Below are positions 6,169 to 16,238 of a DNA stretch of 30,422 nt, piece after piece (position 1 is the first letter of the stretch; the number at the start of each line of letters is the position of its first letter). This DNA comes from a virus. Taxonomy: Duplodnaviria; Caudoviricetes. The stretch covers positions 1-30,422 of the IMG/VR virus record IMGVR_UViG_3300005805_000315; one strand, 5' to 3'. The translations under genes and the position numbers were made by a program. A model generated the notes under the pieces. It did no database searches. It was not told the DNA's origin and saw only the letters and a program-made list of their open reading frames with translations.

Positions 6169-6510
6169 ATGAAGGTCATATTACAGAAACTGAGGAAACA
6201 GGAGAAAGACAGCTACCTACTAGCTGAAAGGTATTATACCATCCTGTCTGCCATCAATGATCTGAAGTTGACACAAAGGGAAATACAGCTTATAGCCTTT
6301 GCAGCCATAAAGGGGAATATAAGCTATGCCAATATTAGGCAGGAGTTCTGTGATAAGTATGGCACCACCAATCCTTCTATAAATAACATCATTTCTAGGC
6401 TGAAGAAAATGGGGGTGTTGGTGAAGGATGGGACAAAGGTGAAGGTGAACCCCAAGATTATATTAAACTTTGAAAATGACGTCACCCTTGAAGTCAGACT
6501 TGTTCACTGA
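6169..6510 (+). CDS. winged helix-turn-helix DNA-binding protein (113 aa)
   Basis: LTQREIQLI...TTNPSINNIISRLKKMGVLVKDG fits a wHTH; the track's TTG start is inside the -7 box. Confidence 0.7.
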   Translation: MKVILQKLRKQEKDSYLLAERYYTILSAINDLKLTQREIQLIAFAAIKGNISYANIRQEFCDKYGTTNPSINNIISRLKKMGVLVKDGTKVKVNPKIILNFENDVTLEVRLVH

Positions 6511-6523
6511 TAAGCCTATATCA

Positions 6524-6961
6524 ATGACTGTCAAGGACTTCCTGATTAGGAGGTTGGCTGTCAAGATGATGATAAGTGAGAAGACCATTGAGTCTGTGGT
6601 GAATCATCAGTTTCAGGAAGCCAATCAGGCTATGCTGAAAAACAAGAGCTTGGAAATCAGTGGATTTGGTAAGTTCTTTTTTAATGACAAGAAGGCTGCC
6701 AAGCAGATGGCGAAATACGAGAGTCAAAAGGCGTTGTTTGAAAGGGTGCTCACAGACGAAACACTGACGGAACAAAAAAGGAAGTCGACAGAAGTGAAGC
6801 TCCAAAACGTCAAAGATTGTATTAGAGACCTAAAACCAAAGATGAATGATACTCTCACAGATTTACGAGGGATGGAGGAACAACCTGCTACCCCCAGAGA
6901 AGCTGAAAGCAGCCATAAACAAGACGAGCAGAGAAAGGTTGAACATCTGCAAGGGATGTGA
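6524..6961 (+). CDS. HU/IHF-like histone-like DNA-binding protein
   Basis: LIRRLAVKMMISEKTIESVVNHQFQEANQAML..LEISGFGKFF is an HU/IHF signature; start uncertain (6470 or 6524). Confidence 0.7.
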   Translation: MTVKDFLIRRLAVKMMISEKTIESVVNHQFQEANQAMLKNKSLEISGFGKFFFNDKKAAKQMAKYESQKALFERVLTDETLTEQKRKSTEVKLQNVKDCIRDLKPKMNDTLTDLRGMEEQPATPREAESSHKQDEQRKVEHLQGM

Positions 6962-7139
6962 ATACCACTCAGCCAACAGAAAGAATTACAAAACCATTCG
7001 TCTTGATGCTCATTGCACTCATTGTGGGTGCACCCTCTCTGCAAAAACCAAATGTCTTTCATGTGCTTGTCCATTAGAAAAATGGCTAGCAGTGGTTACG
7101 CAAGAACAAGAAGAGCAAATGAAAAAAGATGGAAAATAA
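6846..7139 (+). CDS. small Cys-rich zinc-binding protein
   Basis: RLNICKGC...CTHCGCTLSAKTKCLSCACPLEKW. Confidence 0.75.
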   Translation: MILSQIYEGWRNNLLPPEKLKAAINKTSRERLNICKGCEYHSANRKNYKTIRLDAHCTHCGCTLSAKTKCLSCACPLEKWLAVVTQEQEEQMKKDGK

Positions 7140-7368
7140 CGAAGTGACATTTAAAAAGATTCCTCTGAAGATATTCATAGAGATTCTTCAGGATGCATGG
7201 GATAGAGGAGCTGACTATATTGATATTATAGGAGTGGCTGACGCTATCCAGGATAATATATCCATTGCTATAAAGGATGAATATATGCACCGTGAAGATG
7301 GTGAAGAAGATGTTGACATTAGTCCAAATAAAGATATTACTGACGAAGACTTAAACCAACTAATATGA
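7129..7368 (+). CDS. hypothetical acidic protein (79 aa)
   Basis: Overlaps both neighbours in the operon. Confidence 0.75.
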   Translation: MENNEVTFKKIPLKIFIEILQDAWDRGADYIDIIGVADAIQDNISIAIKDEYMHREDGEEDVDISPNKDITDEDLNQLI

Positions 7369-7544
7369 ACCCTGTAGTAGAAGCATGGATTGTTATTGAA
7401 AAACTGGGAGCTTTGGTAGCCACACCAGGAGTATCTGAAGATGTTAAAACTCTAGCTAACGAACAGATTGCTAAGCTTTTGAAGGATGTGATTACACCTG
7501 GATTAAGTAAGCTATCTGCAAGTACGGCTGGGATTATAGCCTAA
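7365..7544 (+). CDS. hypothetical protein (59 aa)
   Basis: Not in track. ATGA overlap; MNPVVEAWIVIEKLGALVATPGVSEDVKTLANEQIAKLLKDVITPGLSKLSASTAGIIA*. Confidence 0.7.
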   Translation: MNPVVEAWIVIEKLGALVATPGVSEDVKTLANEQIAKLLKDVITPGLSKLSASTAGIIA

Positions 7545-7553
7545 ATTGTAGAT

Positions 7554-7835
7554 ATGGGAAAATCTAATGATTATTACAAAGTACTCGCTCTTCTCCAACA
7601 ACTACATGTAAGCTACCCCAACTATAATATGGGTAGACACATAGCCACTGCGCTAGATGAGTATGGGGATGTGTGGGGACTGAGTGATAGAGAGATACTA
7701 TTTGCTCTGGAAAAGTATAAGGCTGAGCTAGATATGGACGTGCCTCATACAGATGAGAGCGAACTTGACCAGATTATAAAGGATGGAATGAATCTGGAAA
7801 ACATACTAAAAGAAGAAGATGGCGAAGACTATTAA
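7554..7835 (+). CDS. hypothetical protein (93 aa)
   Basis: In the operon, overlapping the next gene. Confidence 0.75.
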   Translation: MGKSNDYYKVLALLQQLHVSYPNYNMGRHIATALDEYGDVWGLSDREILFALEKYKAELDMDVPHTDESELDQIIKDGMNLENILKEEDGEDY

Positions 7836-8154
7836 AAAAACTACATACATTAATGCTGAGCTTGATTGGGCTGAGCAGCAACTGCAAAGCTGGAAAGCTT
7901 ATGTGGATGCTAACCCTTTACATGAGTTAAAAGACCGTGTAGAGTGGAAACCCACATCAAAAGGTGGAATGATACCCATGGTGATAGCTTCTATTGAGGC
8001 ACAGGGTAAATTCATTCAAGAGACCATGAAAAACTACTTGGCTCTTCTAGAAGTGGTAGAGAAACTGCGTGAGAAAGAAGAAGCTAAAGTGGAGGTTAGA
8101 GGTAATGGAGAGTTAAGCTCCATGGCTGAAGACTTCCTTAGGAGCAGACGATGA
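7819..8154 (+). CDS. hypothetical protein, candidate terminase small subunit by position
   Basis: Helical 111-aa protein coupled (ATGA) to TerL; function inferred from position only. Confidence 0.5.
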   Translation: MAKTIKKTTYINAELDWAEQQLQSWKAYVDANPLHELKDRVEWKPTSKGGMIPMVIASIEAQGKFIQETMKNYLALLEVVEKLREKEEAKVEVRGNGELSSMAEDFLRSRR

Positions 8155-10178
8155 ATGAGCTTAAAAGCATAGACTACAAAGACTGGTTTATTAACCAGGG
8201 GCGTCTGCCTGATCGTGAATCAGCAGAGTATAAGCCATTCTTTGACTTCCATAGGGAGCTATGCTTAAATGGTGCCATGATGAATGGGGTGTATATCAAC
8301 CCATTTCTCTACTGGCACCTGAACATGTGGCACACAGAGGTGGATGTTGTTGATGAAAGAGGACGCATCTACCAGAAATATGCTAATCCCCTGTTGCGTG
8401 ATAATGAGTGGTTGGTGACAAGTGAGATAGACAGGGCACAACAAGATAAAAAAGGCTTGGTAATACTAGGAATACGACGTTTTGCCAAGTCTGTTTTAGA
8501 GGCTTCTTACATAGGGTGGGGCGCTACATTTGATGAGAATTCCCAGAATGTGATCGCTGGGTTGAATGCCCCCGATATAAAGCTGATCACAGATAAGCTG
8601 GACAAGGGCCTCAACTTTCTACCTGAAGCATGGAGATGGCAGAGAGTTGAGGATAACTGGAAAAACCAAGTCACCCTAGGTATTAAGACCAAATCAGGAG
8701 AACGTATACCGTTTTCCCAAATCCTCATTCGTAACCTGGATGAAGGTAATAATGAAGAGGCTATTGCAGGTACTAAACCACGTAAACTAATTATTGATGA
8801 GATTGGAAAGGGTAATTTTCTCCGAGGGTTTCAGGCAGCTGTGCCAGGCTTTACAACTCCTTATGGATGGGGGTGCTCTCCAATTCTTACTGGGACTGGT
8901 GGTGACATGAAAAGATTCATGGATGCGAAGAGCTTAATGTTTGACGCAGACAACTTTAACTTCCTAAGCTACAACAATGAGAAAGATGAAAAACGCGTTC
9001 ATGGCTTGTTTATTTCGTATAAATATAGAATGGAAGCTAAGGAAGAGAGTACGCTGGGTAAGTTTTTGGAACAGCCTGAAGGAAGCGATCTTTACAACAT
9101 TAAGATGCTGGTGAGCAATGAGGAGAAAGCTAAACAGATAACAGAAAGCAACCTAGAGCGTCTTAAGAAGGCAGGAGATAGGGTGGCCTATCTAAAAGAG
9201 AAGATGTACTATCCATTAGAAGTGGATGACATCTTCCTAAATGAGGATACAAACATATTTGATATAGAAGCAGCTAAGCGTCAAAAAGGTAGACTGCTTA
9301 ATCAGGGGCGTACGGGCACTCCTGTTATTTTGTTTCACGATGGTGAGAAAATAATACATGAGTTCACGGACAAACAGCCTATAACCAACTTCCCTCTTAA
9401 AAGTAGTGATCTAAAAGACGCTCCTGTTGTAATATATGAGTTCCCTATTGAGAATCCTCCGTATGGACTGTATGTAGCAGGAGTGGACCCATATAGACAA
9501 GGACAAGCTGCATATTCCACTTCTTTAGGATCTGTGTACATATATAAACGTATGCACGATATTACAGGAGAGAAATATCAGGATATGTTCGTAGCTTCGT
9601 ATTGTGCAAGACCTGATAAGAAGGAAACTTGGGAAGAACAGGCTAGATTTCTCATCAAGTATTACAATGCACGTACACTTTGTGAGAATGATGACATCTC
9701 TTTTATAGAATATATGAAAGCTAAAGGAGATGCTCACTACCTTGAGAAGCAACCTGATTGGTTAAAAGAGGTGGTGCCTGGAACAACAGTGAAGCGTGAT
9801 TATGGTGTACACAGAAGTTCTGACAAGATTAGAGACTATCTACATAACTGTCTGAAGAAGTATATGGAGGAAGTGGTGTACACAGAAAAGGATGAAGATG
9901 GTAATATAACCAAAGAGGTGTTAGGAGTGTCAAAGATATTTGATCCTGTTTTGCTAGAAGAGATAATTCAGTATAACGATCAGGGTAACTTTGACCGTAT
10001 TGTGGCTGCAGAACTTGCTATTGCTCAGGCTCTTAAAATGGACCCTGTGCTTGGTAAGGTGGGAGGGTCTGCTGATCCTAGAGTGAGTGCGATATTCAAG
10101 CCCAACAAGAAGAATGTGTTATTCACAGAATCTCGTGGGTTATTTAATAGAAGAAAAAAAAGTAAACTTTTTACATAA
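8151..10178 (+). CDS. terL: terminase large subunit
   Basis: Walker A-like GIRRFAKS, Walker B LIIDEIG, motif III GTGG, RNase H-like nuclease AGVDPY...GNFDR; directly upstream of the portal. Confidence 0.9.
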   Translation: MNELKSIDYKDWFINQGRLPDRESAEYKPFFDFHRELCLNGAMMNGVYINPFLYWHLNMWHTEVDVVDERGRIYQKYANPLLRDNEWLVTSEIDRAQQDKKGLVILGIRRFAKSVLEASYIGWGATFDENSQNVIAGLNAPDIKLITDKLDKGLNFLPEAWRWQRVEDNWKNQVTLGIKTKSGERIPFSQILIRNLDEGNNEEAIAGTKPRKLIIDEIGKGNFLRGFQAAVPGFTTPYGWGCSPILTGTGGDMKRFMDAKSLMFDADNFNFLSYNNEKDEKRVHGLFISYKYRMEAKEESTLGKFLEQPEGSDLYNIKMLVSNEEKAKQITESNLERLKKAGDRVAYLKEKMYYPLEVDDIFLNEDTNIFDIEAAKRQKGRLLNQGRTGTPVILFHDGEKIIHEFTDKQPITNFPLKSSDLKDAPVVIYEFPIENPPYGLYVAGVDPYRQGQAAYSTSLGSVYIYKRMHDITGEKYQDMFVASYCARPDKKETWEEQARFLIKYYNARTLCENDDISFIEYMKAKGDAHYLEKQPDWLKEVVPGTTVKRDYGVHRSSDKIRDYLHNCLKKYMEEVVYTEKDEDGNITKEVLGVSKIFDPVLLEEIIQYNDQGNFDRIVAAELAIAQALKMDPVLGKVGGSADPRVSAIFKPNKKNVLFTESRGLFNRRKKSKLFT

Positions 10179-12766
10179 TGGCTATCATTAGATATACCAA
10201 AGATGCTACGATTAGATATGCCTATCTAAACATATTCCCTGATCAGTTCAAAACTGACAAGGAGAAGCAGGATGAGAGTTGGATAAAGAACACCATGGAC
10301 TACTTTGCAAACAAGGCATATGCTGAGTATGTAAAGAACCGTGACACCTTTGTCAAAAACTATGACCTGATTAAAGGTATTCTTCGCATGGAGGACTTCT
10401 ATCAAGAACCACAGGTGAAGAGCTTCACAGATATGATGACAGCTGATTTACAGCTTCCTGCATATGTGAAGATGTACTCCATCATGACCACACCAGTGAA
10501 TGAGCTCGTTGGTGAAATCACAAAACGCCCTGATACATTCAGGGTGAAGGCATTTGATGATGATAGTAAATCAGAAGAGTTAGAATTTAAAACTGGTATC
10601 CTTCAAGAGTATGTAATTTCTCAAGCTAGACAAAAGATATTACAACAAGCTGCCCTCAATGGACAAGAGATAGCTGAAGAGGATTTGAACCAGATGACAA
10701 TGGAACAGGTAAAAGATGTTCTTGATAGTTATACATCTGTTGCTGAGAAATGGGCTAACCACGTTCTCACTTGTCAGAAAGCTGAGTTTAACTTAAAAGA
10801 AAAGTCAGAAGACGCCTTCCGTGATTTGTTGATATCTGGAAGGGAGTTCTATCACATATATGAAGATAATTCCAAACTCGGATTTAATATTGAGGTGGCT
10901 AACCCAAAGAACACTTGGTTTCTTACAACTCCTGATAGAAAGTGGATCTCTGATCCTACAGGTAGAGCTCAGGGGGCTTATGCCGCTGGTACAGTGCAGG
11001 TTATGGAACTTTCAGAAATCATCGAAAGCATTCCTGACCTTACAAAGGAAGAGATTGACCACTTACGTTCATCTCTTCAAGACTATGGATTAATTAACGT
11101 ACGTGAGTCCAACCTTGGTAATCCTGATGCGATTCCTGGTACAGACTCCATCATGTATGATACATTTGACCCATTAGTTCTTCAAACTCGTATGATTATC
11201 GAGAGTGAAATGAAGGAGAACAATGATGGATTGAAAGACTTCTTAGGACTCACTTCTAACGTGAGCTCTTTTGGATATAAGTATGTTGTTGTACGTTCAT
11301 ATTGGATTAGTAAGAAGAAGATTGGTAAACTTATCTACTTAGATGAGTTAGGTAATGAGCAGTCTGTTCTTGTAGATGAAAACTACAAATCTGGTAGTAT
11401 TCCTACACAACAATCTTTAGAGTGGGGATGGATTAACCAGTGGTATCAGGGTACAAAGATTGGACCAGACATCTACCACATCAAACCATTCAAGCTTCTC
11501 AACTATTGTCCAATTATCGGTACAACCTTTGAGGTGAAGAACACAGAGGCTAAATCTCTGGTTGATTTGATGAAGCCTTTCCAAGTGTTGTATAACGTAT
11601 GTATGAACCAGTTGTACAAGCTCCTTGAGAAGGAAGTGGGTAAGGTGTATTTAACATCCATTCGTCATATTCCTGTTCCAAAGGATGGTGATGCTCAAGA
11701 TGCACTAGACATCTGGGAAATGGAAGCTCGTAATCGTGGGGTGGTATTTATTGATGACTCTCCAGAAAACCTGAAGAGTCCTTCTAGCTTTAATCAATTT
11801 AGAGATATTGACCTTACACGTACACAGGAAATCCAGTCTCGTTATCAATTAGCTCAACAGGTGAAGAATGAGTGTTGGGAGCTTGTAGGTATGAGTAGAC
11901 AACGTTTAGGATCTGTTGCAGCTAGTGAGTCTGCTACAGGTGTAAACACTGCTGTTCAACAATCTTATTCTCAAACAGAACCTCTGTTTGTAGCTCACGA
12001 GTATGTGATGGGTCAATTATATCAAGCAATTGTTGATGCTGCTTTGTACGTAGAATCTAAGAAGCCTCAGTCCACACTCTCTTACATTACTAATGAAGGA
12101 GAGGCTGCATTTGTTACAGTGAATGGGTCTGACCTTAGATTCCGTGATTTGAAGGTGTTCTTAACAAATCGTCCTGAAGATACACAGATGTTTAATGAAC
12201 TTCGTCAGCTTTCTCAGGCTGTTATTCAGAACGGTGGTTCTTTATATGATGTGATTGAGCTGTATAGCACTAAGTCTATGAGAGCTATGAAGAAGGTGTT
12301 CAAAGAGTTACGTGATAAACAAGACGCTATGCAGCAACAACAAATGCAAGTTCAACAACAGCAAGTTGAACAGCAAGGTCAGATTGCTCAGGCTCAAATT
12401 CAACAAACTCAGGCTATGAAAGAGCAAGAGATGACAAATGAAAACTATCAGAACGAGCTTGATCGTATAAACAAGAAAGAGATTGCCCTAATTGCGGCTG
12501 AAGCTAAGGTGGGACCATTAAGTGATGTAGATGCTAGTGGTACCCCTGATGTTTTAGAGATTGAAAAGCTTGGTGCTGAAAGATCTCGTACAGACAAAGA
12601 GTATCAGATGAGAATGGCTGAAATTGATTCTAAAAATAGACAAGCTGTTGGAAAACTTCAGTTGGAAAAAGAAAAGCTGAAGGTGGCTAGAGAGAATCAA
12701 AAGAATGATTTAGCTATTGCAAAAGAAAATGCAAAGGGAAGAGCAAAGAAATCTAAAAAAGACTAA
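10178..12766 (+). CDS. portal protein (crAss-like)
   Basis: 862 aa, TAATG-coupled to TerL; SLVDLMKPFQVLYN and ELVGMSRQRLGSVAASESATG segments; Q-rich coiled-coil C-terminus. Confidence 0.85.
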   Translation: MAIIRYTKDATIRYAYLNIFPDQFKTDKEKQDESWIKNTMDYFANKAYAEYVKNRDTFVKNYDLIKGILRMEDFYQEPQVKSFTDMMTADLQLPAYVKMYSIMTTPVNELVGEITKRPDTFRVKAFDDDSKSEELEFKTGILQEYVISQARQKILQQAALNGQEIAEEDLNQMTMEQVKDVLDSYTSVAEKWANHVLTCQKAEFNLKEKSEDAFRDLLISGREFYHIYEDNSKLGFNIEVANPKNTWFLTTPDRKWISDPTGRAQGAYAAGTVQVMELSEIIESIPDLTKEEIDHLRSSLQDYGLINVRESNLGNPDAIPGTDSIMYDTFDPLVLQTRMIIESEMKENNDGLKDFLGLTSNVSSFGYKYVVVRSYWISKKKIGKLIYLDELGNEQSVLVDENYKSGSIPTQQSLEWGWINQWYQGTKIGPDIYHIKPFKLLNYCPIIGTTFEVKNTEAKSLVDLMKPFQVLYNVCMNQLYKLLEKEVGKVYLTSIRHIPVPKDGDAQDALDIWEMEARNRGVVFIDDSPENLKSPSSFNQFRDIDLTRTQEIQSRYQLAQQVKNECWELVGMSRQRLGSVAASESATGVNTAVQQSYSQTEPLFVAHEYVMGQLYQAIVDAALYVESKKPQSTLSYITNEGEAAFVTVNGSDLRFRDLKVFLTNRPEDTQMFNELRQLSQAVIQNGGSLYDVIELYSTKSMRAMKKVFKELRDKQDAMQQQQMQVQQQQVEQQGQIAQAQIQQTQAMKEQEMTNENYQNELDRINKKEIALIAAEAKVGPLSDVDASGTPDVLEIEKLGAERSRTDKEYQMRMAEIDSKNRQAVGKLQLEKEKLKVARENQKNDLAIAKENAKGRAKKSKKD

Positions 12767-13017
12767 TGGATATTAACGAGATATTGGATAATGAAACCGT
12801 AGAGTTTGATCCAACACCTCATGAAGACATCACAGCCTGTATACAGGCGATAGGCGTTATTGAGGATATGGACACTGTTTTGTTATCTGATGAAGAGGTT
12901 GACATGGTGAATGAGATAAAAAAGATGTCATTGCTAATCACTTACCAAGCCCTCAAAGAAATATTTGAGGCAAGTCAATATGGAAATAACGAACCCACAC
13001 AAGGTAGAACATCGTAA
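12766..13017 (+). CDS. hypothetical acidic protein (83 aa)
   Basis: TAATG-coupled to the portal. Confidence 0.7.
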   Translation: MDINEILDNETVEFDPTPHEDITACIQAIGVIEDMDTVLLSDEEVDMVNEIKKMSLLITYQALKEIFEASQYGNNEPTQGRTS

Positions 13018-13234
13018 ACTAGGCAGAGAAAAAGCTCATGGACTAGCCTGGGATGATAAGAATAAAATAGAATTAGACGTAAGATTAAGCGGTTATAGGT
13101 ATTTACTCACCGCTCTACATGAGCATTTCCACTTAAAACATCCTGATTGGAGCGAGACAAAGGTTAGTAAAGAGTCCTCCAAGACAGCTAGATTTCTATG
13201 GAAACTTGGCTTCAGATGGGTGGAATTAAAGTAA
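12980..13234 (+). CDS. minimal zincin-like (HEXXH) metallopeptidase (84 aa)
   Basis: GLAW...IELDVRL...TALHEHFHL...WSETKV; ATG at 12980. Confidence 0.6.
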   Translation: MEITNPHKVEHRKLGREKAHGLAWDDKNKIELDVRLSGYRYLLTALHEHFHLKHPDWSETKVSKESSKTARFLWKLGFRWVELK

Positions 13235-13301
13235 TTTAGTTAGAGTAAATTATATTAATGCTATATTATACATGAAAAGAGGTTGTATAACTACATAACT
13301 C

Positions 13302-13332
13302 TTTGCTATTCAATAATCTCTATCTATTTTTA
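13302..13332 (+). promoter_or_regulatory. possible Bacteroidota-type promoter for the head genes
   Basis: TTTG, 19-nt spacer, TATTTTTA (one mismatch to TAnnTTTG), upstream of 13364. Confidence 0.45.
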
Positions 13333-13363
13333 CAAGCGTATAAACCAAATAAAATAACTACAT

Positions 13364-14650
13364 ATGGCTGAGAACCTTGAAACCCCGTCATTCGGTAATT
13401 TTAGTATTGAAAATACTATGGAGATGGGACCAGGAGGTGCAGAACTGCTTAATGATCTGCTATCCCCTGAGACTTCTACAAGCAATCCTGATCAGATTCA
13501 GGAGATTGTAAAGAATGTAGAAGATCCTGCTCCCACCCCCAAACCTGATGTTCCTAAAGGAAAAGAAATAGTTCCTACAGAAGATGGTAAAGAACCTTCT
13601 GGTCAGGACCTGATTTCAAACTTCCTGGGTGACAATGCTGAAGAGAATGGGAATGAGGAAGATGCAAAACCTGCTGATCCTCAACCAGTTAAGAAGAAAG
13701 CTTCTGAACTTAAACAAGAAGAAGCTGCTCCTCAAGAAGAACAAGAGGAGGGAGATGAGCAAGTGAGTCAATTCACAGCTCTTTCTCGTGATCTTTTCAA
13801 ACTTGGTGTCTTTTCAAAAGACGAAGATGAAGAAGATATTGCAATTGACACTCCTGAAGCTTTCCTAGAACGCTTCCAAAATGAGAAAAAGAAAGGAGCT
13901 GTTGAGATGGTGCAAAGCTTCATTGGTCAGTTTGGTGAAGACTATCAACAAGCGTTCGATGCTATATTTGTAAAAGGTGTTAATCCCAAAGAATACTTTG
14001 GTACTTACAATAATGTAGTCAGCTTTGCTGAGATGGACCTGTCACAAGAGAGTAATCAAGTGACAGTGATTAAGCAAGCATTGGCTGACCAAGGTTTTGA
14101 GCCTGAAGACATCAATACAGAAGTTGAAAGACTCAAAAACTACGGTGATTTGGAAAGCGTAGCTACCAAGCACCACAAAGTGTTGGTTAAGAAGGAAGCC
14201 CAGAAACTTGCCCAAATGGAGCAAGTGGCTGAGCAAGAACTCCTACAGAAGCAAGCAATTAAAAACCAATATATCAATAACGTTCAGCAAGTCCTTCAGG
14301 ATAAGCTGAAATCTAAGGAGTTTGATGGAATCCCCATCAATCCCAAGTTGGCTAACGAACTACAAGACTTCCTACTGGTAGATAAGTACAAAACAGCAAG
14401 TGGTGAAACACTCACTGATTTTGACCGTACCATCTTGGAATTGAAGAGACCTGAGAACCATGCAACGAAAGTGAAGGTTGCTCTCCTGCTCAAGATTCTA
14501 GAAAAAGATCCTACACTATCTACCATCCAGAAAACAGGCGTTTCAAAGAAATCAAACGAGCTGTTTGGGGAAGTGGCTAGGCAGGTGACCAGAACTAAAT
14601 CACCAAGCGGTAGTGCTCAGCCTTCTAAACAAAATTCATGGTTCTTATAA
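13364..14650 (+). CDS. acidic scaffold-like protein upstream of MCP
   Basis: Low-complexity E/D/P-rich N-half and helical C-half; immediately before MCP, as in crAss-like head modules. Confidence 0.65.
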   Translation: MAENLETPSFGNFSIENTMEMGPGGAELLNDLLSPETSTSNPDQIQEIVKNVEDPAPTPKPDVPKGKEIVPTEDGKEPSGQDLISNFLGDNAEENGNEEDAKPADPQPVKKKASELKQEEAAPQEEQEEGDEQVSQFTALSRDLFKLGVFSKDEDEEDIAIDTPEAFLERFQNEKKKGAVEMVQSFIGQFGEDYQQAFDAIFVKGVNPKEYFGTYNNVVSFAEMDLSQESNQVTVIKQALADQGFEPEDINTEVERLKNYGDLESVATKHHKVLVKKEAQKLAQMEQVAEQELLQKQAIKNQYINNVQQVLQDKLKSKEFDGIPINPKLANELQDFLLVDKYKTASGETLTDFDRTILELKRPENHATKVKVALLLKILEKDPTLSTIQKTGVSKKSNELFGEVARQVTRTKSPSGSAQPSKQNSWFL

Positions 14651-14676
14651 TTTTCATTAAATAAAAGGATAACAAA

Positions 14677-16230
14677 ATGGCAATTCAAACAATCCCAGGT
14701 CTAACTGGCTTCACGTATGCTCGTGTCGCTTCTATGGACAAGCGTGCTGTAGGTAAGCTAACTGACGCTAACCACCTGGAGAGCTTTCACTCAACCGAGC
14801 CTGCTGATTATGACAAGAAGATCATCAGTCTCTATACACAGAGCTCTCTGTACAGCAATGACTTCCTTGACATGATCAACAAAAGCACGCCTTATTACAT
14901 TGATAATAATAGCGATGCTTGGAAATGGCAAGTAGCTGTTCCCTACAAATTCCCCAAAATCATCGATGTACCAAACTCAACTCTTGAGTTGAGCAAGCCT
15001 GGTATCGATGGTCAAGAGTTCCAATTGGTTCTTGACACAAACGAGTTCTCTAAGAACGCAATCGTTTCTGTTGGTAGCCGTCAGTATGGTCCTCGCTTTT
15101 ATGTTATTAAGGATCCAGTTCCTTGGAACATGGGCTTCCTTTATAGCTTCACTTTGGTTACAGACAACCCAACTGTAGACTTCGTTAGCTCTACCTTCTT
15201 ACAAGTAGGTATTGAATTAGAGCTGGTTGATGCAGCAATTGGTGAGTTTGACCAAGATTTGTTAGGTCTTCCTCGTTTGGGTGAGCAAATCACAATGTTT
15301 GAATCTTTAGGTTCTGCATATGGTTTTGAGCACAAAATCACTGAGTGGGCTGATGACAAAATGATGCGTGATAGCTCTGGACGTCCTTTGGATATCCTAG
15401 TGTATGCACCTCAGCGTCGTAACCAACTTCCTTTAACTCGTAACGATGTTAAGTGGGAGCCATTTATTGAGTTCTGGATGCGTAAGTCTATGCTTGAGTT
15501 GAAAGTTAAGCGTATGATTTGGTCTCGTCCTGGTACTGTTAAGACTAACGGTAGCAAGCAAGAACTTAAGCGTACATCTGCTGGTGTTTATCATCGTATG
15601 CGTAACAACGGTAACCTCGTTCAGTACAACCGTGGAGAATTCACTGCTAACCTGATCCGTTCAGTGTTTGGTGACTTGTTCTATCGTCGTGTGGATGTTA
15701 AAGACCGTCGTGTTAAAATGTACACTAACGAAGCAGGTTTTGACGTGTTCCAACAAGCTTTGAAGAATGACGCTTTGAACAGTGGTCTTACCTTCATGGC
15801 TGATAGCGGAAACCGTTATATGCAAGGAGAAGGACAACACATCACTTACAACTTTGCATTCGATGCAATGGTAACTCGTGAGACTGGTCGTGTTGAACTT
15901 ATTCACTTGAAAGAACTTGACCTTCCTCAAACTAACCTAGAATTTGGACAGAACAAGAAGTCTACCCCTGTATTTATGGTGTTTGACGTATCTCCAATGT
16001 CTGATGGTTCTATGGTTAACAACATCCGTGAAGTTCGTATGAAGGGTGCTCCTTCTATGACTTGGGGTTATATTGACGGAACTCGCCACCACTTAGGCTT
16101 TGCTAAGTCTCAGGGTATGAGCTCTGCAAACAAATTCCCAGGATACGAAATCTGGATGAAGGACCGTTGTGATGTATTCATTGAAGACTTGTCTCGTACA
16201 GTTTTGATTGAAGAGATCCCACAATTCTAA
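14677..16230 (+). CDS. major capsid protein (crAss-like)
   Basis: 517 aa, strong codon bias (CGT, GGT, AAC), position after portal and scaffold, and overall resemblance to crAss-like MCPs. Confidence 0.85.
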   Translation: MAIQTIPGLTGFTYARVASMDKRAVGKLTDANHLESFHSTEPADYDKKIISLYTQSSLYSNDFLDMINKSTPYYIDNNSDAWKWQVAVPYKFPKIIDVPNSTLELSKPGIDGQEFQLVLDTNEFSKNAIVSVGSRQYGPRFYVIKDPVPWNMGFLYSFTLVTDNPTVDFVSSTFLQVGIELELVDAAIGEFDQDLLGLPRLGEQITMFESLGSAYGFEHKITEWADDKMMRDSSGRPLDILVYAPQRRNQLPLTRNDVKWEPFIEFWMRKSMLELKVKRMIWSRPGTVKTNGSKQELKRTSAGVYHRMRNNGNLVQYNRGEFTANLIRSVFGDLFYRRVDVKDRRVKMYTNEAGFDVFQQALKNDALNSGLTFMADSGNRYMQGEGQHITYNFAFDAMVTRETGRVELIHLKELDLPQTNLEFGQNKKSTPVFMVFDVSPMSDGSMVNNIREVRMKGAPSMTWGYIDGTRHHLGFAKSQGMSSANKFPGYEIWMKDRCDVFIEDLSRTVLIEEIPQF

Positions 16231-16238
16231 GGATCCAC

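Noticed and set aside
8151-16230. Introns or inteins in TerL, portal or MCP
   Set aside because: ORFs are continuous and of plausible size; no intein or homing endonuclease motifs seen.
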